The translations under genes were made by a program, and so were the position numbers. A DNA stretch of 64,000 nucleotides from contig JAWOCD010000085.1 in NCBI GenBank assembly GCA_046483985.1, positions 1-64,000 on the forward strand, written 5' to 3'. This document shows, one piece after another, positions 57,442 through 64,000 of this stretch (position 1 is the first letter of the stretch; each line of letters begins with the position of its first letter). Source of the stretch: Promethearchaeia archaeon. GTDB taxonomy: Archaea; Asgardarchaeota; Lokiarchaeia; Sigyniarchaeales; SOKP01. A model generated the notes under the pieces. The model was not told where the DNA came from, searched no databases, and worked only from the letters and a program-made list of their open reading frames with translations.

Positions 57442-58500
57442 TTAAAGTCTTAAATAATTCAAATATTTTGGATTTTTTGTTAATGCAACTTCTTCGTATT
57501 TTCCGGGTAATGCACAACAAGCTGTATATACATCAAATTTTATATCATCGTCATAGTTTTTAATCCGTTTCAACGTCTTCGGTGAAGGCATTTCAATTCT
57601 GGTAATACCGCTTTTGATTGTGTTAAGTTCTATATCAACTCTTTTTCTGGCTCGAGGCCGCATACACCCTAGGCTAATTTCGGAGTATGGGAAGGAAAGT
57701 CTACTCACTGTGGCAATTTTTGCAATATCGTAAGGTTTTGGGGCTTTGAATTTAGTTCTTTTCCCTTCTGGGGGGATTAATGCAATTAATACAAGTACGG
57801 AAGGATTAATATTGACCTTTTTTATAAACTTGAGCCCATCCAGCTCTTTGTGAACTTCTCCATAATGTAATCCGATGCAAATATGGGGGATCACATTAAG
57901 ATTATATTTTTTGAGGATTTCTATTGCATTTTTATAATCTTTTACGGCTTTATCTAAATGATAGATATTTTTAATAATCTCTTTATCAAGGTTAATATCA
58001 AAAGAAACAATATCAACTTTTGCCGATGCTAACTTTCGTGCTGTTTCTTCGTCTAAAAGTCCGGTATGGACATTAACTATTAAATTGCTTTGAGTTTTAA
58101 TTTTCTCAACGGTATCGAGAAATCTTTTTAAGGGAACTGCCCCTTCTGGATCACATCCTCCCGAAAGTAATACACCTACTCCGCCTTTTTCGATATGCTT
58201 TGTTAAAAACCCTTCCAACTCATCAATAGAAAGAATAGATTTCATTCCATTAAGATATTTCTTATTACAGTGATCACAGTTTAATGCACATTTATTTCCT
58301 GTGAGACTTACCGCTGGAAACTTTTTATCGGGAAAATATATCTTTAGATTATTCCCAAAATTCTCTTTCTTAACCTTATATGCCTCTGAAAAAACCAGTT
58401 GGAGCTCCTTCTTGTCTGTTAAGTCTAAGATTTGTTGGTAATCCCTCCATGACGTATTTCGAGCCCTTATACGGTCTATTAATGAACTAAGATCACTCAT
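57442..58500 (-). CDS. lipS1: Radical SAM lipoyl synthase subunit LipS1-like
   Basis: CALNCDHC; LLSGG; GCMRP and C-terminal CC motifs; lies next to a lipoate ligase. Confidence 0.75.
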   Translation of the reverse strand: MSDLSSLIDRIRARNTSWRDYQQILDLTDKKELQLVFSEAYKVKKENFGNNLKIYFPDKKFPAVSLTGNKCALNCDHCNKKYLNGMKSILSIDELEGFLTKHIEKGGVGVLLSGGCDPEGAVPLKRFLDTVEKIKTQSNLIVNVHTGLLDEETARKLASAKVDIVSFDINLDKEIIKNIYHLDKAVKDYKNAIEILKKYNLNVIPHICIGLHYGEVHKELDGLKFIKKVNINPSVLVLIALIPPEGKRTKFKAPKPYDIAKIATVSRLSFPYSEISLGCMRPRARKRVDIELNTIKSGITRIEMPSPKTLKRIKNYDDDIKFDVYTACCALPGKYEEVALTKNPKYLNYLRL

Positions 58501-59272
58501 ATCTTTTTAACCATCTTTCTTGTTTATATTTGTTTGAAGCTAAATCTTGTGCCAAATTATATTCATATTCTGACAAATCCTTCGTTTCCATGTCAATTTT
58601 TAACACTTCAGAGAACCCTTGCTTTAAACACGAGATAAATCTTTTTTCCTCATAATTTTCCAGCTTTTCTTTAATTCCAATACATTTTGCATAAACCGAT
58701 TCCACCATATGGGTGGTGCTTACATTATTGGGCGCTTTCAATACAGAATACATTAATTCTGGATTGATATCCAGCAAGATTGTTCCATGTTGGAGGATAT
58801 AGCCTTGTTTCTTGATTTGTGCATTTCCCGAGAACTTTTTTCCATCTAAAAAGAGTGCCGGACAGTGGATCACACCTTTGTCCGTATTTAAGCCAAATAG
58901 AGATAATGCTTTACTAATGGATGAAGTAATGAGTTCAAATTGCTCTAAAACCTTGTGTGCACCTAAATTTCGTAAAAATTTATTGGAGCATACAATTGAA
59001 TATGTAATTTCACCTTCCTTATCATGAAAGACTGCACCGCCCCCTGTAATACGCCGTACAACATTAAAACCTTCCTCTCGGGCAACTTTCGTGTCTACTT
59101 CGTGCGTTAGACTCTGATTTCGTCCTATACTCACGGTTGAGGGATCCCACTTATAAAAGCGTAAGGTAAACTCTGCTTTTTTCTCAATGACTGCTTGGAG
59201 AATTGCCTCATCTATGCCCATATTCCAGTATCCATTATTCGTTTCTAATCCTAAAAAGCGCCATTTATTCAT
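58493..59272 (-). CDS. lplA: Lipoate-protein ligase/octanoyltransferase catalytic domain
   Basis: NMGIDEA, SIGRNQ, VRRITGGGAVFHD, GKKFSGNAQ, LQHGT. Confidence 0.88.
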   Translation of the reverse strand: MNKWRFLGLETNNGYWNMGIDEAILQAVIEKKAEFTLRFYKWDPSTVSIGRNQSLTHEVDTKVAREEGFNVVRRITGGGAVFHDKEGEITYSIVCSNKFLRNLGAHKVLEQFELITSSISKALSLFGLNTDKGVIHCPALFLDGKKFSGNAQIKKQGYILQHGTILLDINPELMYSVLKAPNNVSTTHMVESVYAKCIGIKEKLENYEEKRFISCLKQGFSEVLKIDMETKDLSEYEYNLAQDLASNKYKQERWLKRYE

Positions 59273-59293
59273 ACAATCACGCAGTATTTCTTT

Positions 59294-60298
59294 TTACCTC
59301 ACAAACGGGGTAAGATTTTGATAAATTCTTTTCTTTTCTTTTTCGTGTAAAGGACGGGGATAATTATATATCGGTCCACTCGGTCTTGACGTATAAAAGG
59401 GTCGATTGCAGTCAGGGCATCCAGATGTCATGAATGCTTCCTTTTCCTCATCAATTACTCTCCATAGTCGATTTTTATTTATATTGAAATTTATTAAATC
59501 CTCCTTGGAGTTAAATGTAAAATCTTTTGCATGTTTGTTTTCATGAAGAATGAGATGCCTCGCCAATTGAATTTTTCGAAATCGTAATTCTGGGGGTTGC
59601 TGTAAGTTTGCCAACTTTGTTCCTTTTACTGGCGTAAAGGCAAATAATGCAGAAGTAATACACATTTTGTGCAACTTATCCAGAAGTGTGATTATTTCCT
59701 TGGTGGTCTCTCCCAATCCTACAATTAAATGGGTACTCACATTTCCTTTGCGAAAGACCTCCAAAGCCTCTTTAAGGGAATCGAAATGCCTACTCCACGA
59801 ATAAGGTCCGTTTACACCATCTCCTTTTACTCTTTCGAATAATTCTTCTGTCGCCCCGTCCAAGGCAATACCTACCCGTTGTACTCCAATTAATTTGAGA
59901 TGTTCCAACTGATCTTTATCCATTGGAGGGATGGCAATTGAAATGGGGATATCGCTTACTTCCCTAATCCTTGACACAATTTCTTTTAAATCCTCAAAAT
60001 TTTGGGGATACTTTAATGTCTGAATACAAATGCGTTTAAACTTTTTTAAGGCAGATAGATATTTTAATTTCATTAGAAATGTCTTGAAGTCAAATATTGG
60101 CCAGTTAATTCTCGATAATTTTTCAGCAGATGTTTTCGATGACCGAGATTGGGGACAGAAGCCACAGTTAGCACTACAATATCCCTTTTTATACGTCATG
60201 ATATAACATGTGGTTGGAGCAACATCGGATTTGGTATTCCTTAACCCTAAAGCTGAAGCACTACCGATAGAAACTCGAATATTTTCTAGTACCATCAA
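59294..60298 (-). CDS. lipS2: Radical SAM lipoyl synthase subunit LipS2-like
   Basis: CSANCGFC; LSRINWP; HLIVGLGET; TSGCPDCNRP motif. Confidence 0.78.
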   Translation of the reverse strand: MMVLENIRVSIGSASALGLRNTKSDVAPTTCYIMTYKKGYCSANCGFCPQSRSSKTSAEKLSRINWPIFDFKTFLMKLKYLSALKKFKRICIQTLKYPQNFEDLKEIVSRIREVSDIPISIAIPPMDKDQLEHLKLIGVQRVGIALDGATEELFERVKGDGVNGPYSWSRHFDSLKEALEVFRKGNVSTHLIVGLGETTKEIITLLDKLHKMCITSALFAFTPVKGTKLANLQQPPELRFRKIQLARHLILHENKHAKDFTFNSKEDLINFNINKNRLWRVIDEEKEAFMTSGCPDCNRPFYTSRPSGPIYNYPRPLHEKEKKRIYQNLTPFVR

Positions 60299-60355
60299 TT
60301 AATTAAGTTTCTATGATAAGTTAAATTTTTTTCTTACAAACCATAAAAATACATA

Positions 60356-61444
60356 ATGAACATTATTTTCATTGTAATTTTTCAAATTTATAAGAATAAA
60401 ACCAGTACCAGCACTATCGGTGGGATAGAGACTAATACTAAGGATGTAATTAATGGCCTGAGAAACCGGGGACATCGCGTTTGGAATACGGGAAACCGAC
60501 CTATTGAGCCAGAGTGGGTGAAGGAAGGGAATATTGATATTATCGCCACCTCTACTTTTGATCCATTAACTTATTTTAAAATTATCAAATTCAAACATAG
60601 ATTTCCAGACTCCGCGGTAGTTATCCACGGACACACTTCTGTTGAAGATCTCAAGGGAAATATCGTTCCGGATATTCCCTTTTTTAATTTAATTTTGAAA
60701 ACGTGGTTAAGAATTATGTACGCGGCTTGTGATTTACTAATTACGCCCAGTAATTATTCGAAAAAATGCATTGAAAATATGCAGTCCTCCATGACCTATC
60801 CTATTTATGCGGTAAGTAATGGAATCCGCATAGAAAAATTTGCGGAAAAACCTAGTTTTCGCCCTAATTTTCGAACTTTTTTAAATGAACATTATAGTAT
60901 CCCTAAAAATGCAAAAATTATTCTAAATGTGGGATTAACTTGGAAAAGAAAAGGAGTTGATACCTTTGGGAAAATAGCCGCGGCCTTACCTAATTACTGG
61001 TTTGTCTGGGTGGGGCCCCTTAATGAGAATCCGGATATTGAGATAGTACGAAAATTGGAGAATGTGATATTTACGGGGTTTTATGATGATATTAGAGAAC
61101 CCTACTATGGTGCAGATGTCTTCCTCAGTACCTCATATGCAGAAAATCAAGGAATCCCGTTGATTGAAGCGGCGGTCTGTCGGGTACCTATTGTTGCCAG
61201 CGATTTACCCGCTTATGATTGGATTGAACATGGAACACATTGTTATAAGTCAGATTGTGTTGATGACTATGTGTCTGGAATTCAGAAAATCATGAATGAT
61301 AAACAATTCCGGGAGAAGATAGTGAAAGAGGCTCATAAAAAGGCGGTAGAAGTTCATGATTTCAAAAAGATTGGTGCAAAAATAGAAAAATTATATGCAA
61401 AAGCACAAAAAATAAAAAAAATTAAGGACCAAAAGCACGCATAA
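60356..61444 (+). CDS. Glycosyltransferase family 4
   Basis: GGIE, HGHT, VSNGI, RKGVD, ENQGIPLIEA (EX7E) motifs. Confidence 0.88.
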   Translation: MNIIFIVIFQIYKNKTSTSTIGGIETNTKDVINGLRNRGHRVWNTGNRPIEPEWVKEGNIDIIATSTFDPLTYFKIIKFKHRFPDSAVVIHGHTSVEDLKGNIVPDIPFFNLILKTWLRIMYAACDLLITPSNYSKKCIENMQSSMTYPIYAVSNGIRIEKFAEKPSFRPNFRTFLNEHYSIPKNAKIILNVGLTWKRKGVDTFGKIAAALPNYWFVWVGPLNENPDIEIVRKLENVIFTGFYDDIREPYYGADVFLSTSYAENQGIPLIEAAVCRVPIVASDLPAYDWIEHGTHCYKSDCVDDYVSGIQKIMNDKQFREKIVKEAHKKAVEVHDFKKIGAKIEKLYAKAQKIKKIKDQKHA

Positions 61445-61535
61445 TCAAACAATCTTCTTTTAAAGATAAAAAAATAAATTCAATTTTACATTTAAGAAAA
61501 CAAGGAAAGGAAATATCAAAGTACGTGTAAGTTCT

Positions 61536-64000
61536 ATGGATTCTAAATACGAACCCGAAAAAATTGAAAAAAAATGGCAAGAGCGATGGGAAAAGGATAA
61601 AATATTTGAGAGCAAAAAGGATGAAGAAAACGATAAGTATTATGTCCTCGAAATGTATCCTTATCCGTCTGGGAAATTACATATGGGCCATCTTCGGAAC
61701 TATACCATCGGAGACTCGTTTGCCCGATTCAAGCGAATGCGAGGATATAATGTCCTGTATCCGATGGGCTACGATTCCTTTGGGCTCCCTGCAGAGAATG
61801 CAGCAATTGATCACGGCGTAAACCCCGAAAAATGGACCGACGAAAATATCGAAGTCATGAAAGAGCAACAAAAACGAATTGGGCTCTCCTATGACTGGAC
61901 GCGCCAAATTATGAGCCACGATCCGAATTACTTTAAATGGGATCAGTGGTTTTTCCTAAAGATGTTGGAAAATGACCTCGCTTATCGGGAAAACTCATAT
62001 GTAAATTGGTGTCCAAAGTGTGTGACTGTGTTAGCAAATGAGCAAGTTCAAGATGGAAAATGCTGGCGATGTGATACAGAGGCGGAACAAAAGTTTCTGA
62101 CACAATGGTTTCTCAAAATTCGCGCCTATGCGGAAGAGCTAATTGAGGGATTAGAAAAGGTTGATTGGCCTGAAAAGGTCAAAATAATGCAGAGAAACTG
62201 GATTGGGCGCTCTGAAGGGACAATCATTAAGTTTCCCGTAGTTAATGAAGAGAGAACCATTGATATCTTCACCACTCGTCCAGATACAATTTTTGGTGTG
62301 ACCTTTATGGTTTTTGCGCCCGAACATCCATGGGTAAGAGAATGGGTAGAGGATACCGAATATGAAGATGATTTTAATGCACTATACAAGGAAGTTATGC
62401 AACAAGATAAATTTGAGCGTACAGATCTTGAAGTAGAGAAAAAAGGAATGTTTATCGGGAAACATGCTGTTAATCCTATGACTGATGAGGAGATCCCAAT
62501 TTATGTAGGAAATTTTGTGATCTACGAATATGGTGCTGGCGCTGTTATGGCCGTACCCGCACATGACCAAAGAGATTTTGAATTCGCTCAAGAATATGGT
62601 ATACCTGTGAAAGTGGTAATCCAGCCCCATCAATATGAGTTAAATGCTGAAAAAATGTCTCGTGCCTATGAAGGAGATGGAGTACTCGCTAATTCGGGAG
62701 AATTTAACGGCATGGAAAATCAAACCGCACAACGAGCAATTTCCGAAAAATTAGAAGAGATTGACGCGGGATATGCAACTATCAATTATAAGTTAAGAGA
62801 TTGGCTTATCTCGAGACAGAGATATTGGGGATGTCCAATTCCGATCATCTATTGTGACGATTGCGGCGCCGTGCCCGTTCCTTATGAGGACCTTCCAGTT
62901 ATGCTCCCAGAAGATGTAGAATTTACGGGTCAAGGAAATCCGATCGAGACCAGTGAAAGCTTTCATGAGGTAAAGTGCCCTAGGTGTGGGAAAGAAGGAG
63001 ATGGAGTTAGACGAGAAACCGATACAATGGATACGTTTGTAGACAGCTCTTGGTATTTTTTTGCATTTTGTAACCCCCCATCCGTTGATGCTGAGCTCCC
63101 TTATGATAGAGAAAAGATAGATTATTGGGGTAATGTGGATCAATATATTGGAGGTATAGAGCATGCAGTTATGCATCTTCTCTATGCACGATTTTGGACG
63201 AAAGTAACCCGAGATCTCGGTCTTCATTCCCACGATGAACCTTTTCAAGGATTACTGACTCAAGGAATGATTAACAAGGCACATCCCTATTGCTCAGAAT
63301 GCGAAACATTTGCATTAAAATCCGAAAAAGATAACGAAAGGTGTAAGAGATGCGGAACGGAGTATGTATCAAAATCAGTAAAGATGAGTAAATCATTGGG
63401 AAATACCGTGGATCCCACCAGAATTATGGGGAAATATGGGGCCGATGCTGCACGATTCTTTATTCTATTTGGTGCCAGTCCGGAATCCGGTCTTGAATGG
63501 TCAGAAGATGGAGTGGGATTTGCAGCAAAATTCATGAATAATACCTATCAATTATTGTCAGAACCGCCAGAAAAGATTCGGGCAGAGGAAACGATCAATG
63601 ATACCCTTATTATTTATAATCTGCATAAAACGATCAAAGAGGTTACGGAATTTTTTAGCAAGTTGTCGATTAGGAAAGCAGTGAATACGATAATTCAATT
63701 TACCACAGAATTCAAGAAATATTTAGTTAGAGGGGTCAATAAAAGTATTTACGGGGAATGCCGTGAAACACTTGCGTTGTTACTTCACCCAGTTGCCCCT
63801 CATATGACTGAAGAAATTTGGGAACTACTCGGAAAAGATGATTATATTAGTCTTGCCTCATGGCCACAATACGATGAAGATATCCTATCAGAAGAAAATA
63901 GTTACAAATGGCTCTTAATGAATGATATCCTTGAATCTATTAACCATATCCGGAGCGTAGCAAACATTGATGATATTAATACTATCAAAGTCATTATCGC
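61536..64000 (+). CDS. leuS: Leucine--tRNA ligase with bacterial-type core; 3' end outside the window
   Basis: Frame from the ATG at 61536 (MDSKYEPEKIEKKWQ) carries LEMYPYPSGKLHMGH, FGLPAENAA, TTRPDT, MAVPAHDQRD, LRDWLISRQRYWG, GGIEHAVMHLLYARF and KMSKS (63381, in frame); absent from the ORF track because no stop is reached. Confidence 0.95.
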   Translation, partial: MDSKYEPEKIEKKWQERWEKDKIFESKKDEENDKYYVLEMYPYPSGKLHMGHLRNYTIGDSFARFKRMRGYNVLYPMGYDSFGLPAENAAIDHGVNPEKWTDENIEVMKEQQKRIGLSYDWTRQIMSHDPNYFKWDQWFFLKMLENDLAYRENSYVNWCPKCVTVLANEQVQDGKCWRCDTEAEQKFLTQWFLKIRAYAEELIEGLEKVDWPEKVKIMQRNWIGRSEGTIIKFPVVNEERTIDIFTTRPDTIFGVTFMVFAPEHPWVREWVEDTEYEDDFNALYKEVMQQDKFERTDLEVEKKGMFIGKHAVNPMTDEEIPIYVGNFVIYEYGAGAVMAVPAHDQRDFEFAQEYGIPVKVVIQPHQYELNAEKMSRAYEGDGVLANSGEFNGMENQTAQRAISEKLEEIDAGYATINYKLRDWLISRQRYWGCPIPIIYCDDCGAVPVPYEDLPVMLPEDVEFTGQGNPIETSESFHEVKCPRCGKEGDGVRRETDTMDTFVDSSWYFFAFCNPPSVDAELPYDREKIDYWGNVDQYIGGIEHAVMHLLYARFWTKVTRDLGLHSHDEPFQGLLTQGMINKAHPYCSECETFALKSEKDNERCKRCGTEYVSKSVKMSKSLGNTVDPTRIMGKYGADAARFFILFGASPESGLEWSEDGVGFAAKFMNNTYQLLSEPPEKIRAEETINDTLIIYNLHKTIKEVTEFFSKLSIRKAVNTIIQFTTEFKKYLVRGVNKSIYGECRETLALLLHPVAPHMTEEIWELLGKDDYISLASWPQYDEDILSEENSYKWLLMNDILESINHIRSVANIDDINTIKVII

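Noticed and set aside
982-59027. Numerous 60-185 aa ORFs overlapping long genes on the opposite strand or in other frames
   Set aside because: No recognisable motifs, and composition mirrors the codon bias of the overlapped genes.
61564-63535. Several short ORFs in the track at the window end
   Set aside because: All are off-frame or antisense to the continuous leuS frame starting at 61536.

Overview
AT-rich archaeal chromosomal segment, most likely an Asgard archaeon of the Lokiarchaeia type. This is inferred from the combination of MCM, GINS23, topoisomerase VI, LysX/Z/K, a Rab-like GTPase, HEAT proteins and zinc-ribbon/coiled-coil proteins. Housekeeping content includes valS, a partial leuS, coaBC, top6B/top6A, pyrE, gins23, an intein-containing mcm, AOR/ADH, an HDAC, lipoate assembly genes (LipS1, LipS2, LplA-like) and F420 genes (cofE-nitroreductase fusion, cofD). 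Three elements are absent from the ORF track: an intron-containing tRNA-Ala(CGC), a decayed ParE/RelE toxin-antitoxin pair beside it, and a bacterial-type/chimeric leuS running off the window end. The most notable items are: (1) a 12.6-kb membrane/surface locus (MoxR, DUF58, DUF4350, two DUF4129-like domains, a multi-TM protein) built around a giant, sequon-rich, apparently catalytically dead transglutaminase-like protein; (2) a second MoxR-VWA-SWIM operon whose VWA protein appears to start with an orphan AAA+ lid; (3) a 1183-aa Top6B with a recently duplicated HeH/Rho-N-like module and a C-terminal winged helix; (4) a polytopic membrane-anchored HEAT solenoid between gins23 and mcm; (5) a solitary IS200/IS605-like end hairpin. 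All family assignments come from motif recognition by eye; no searches were run.
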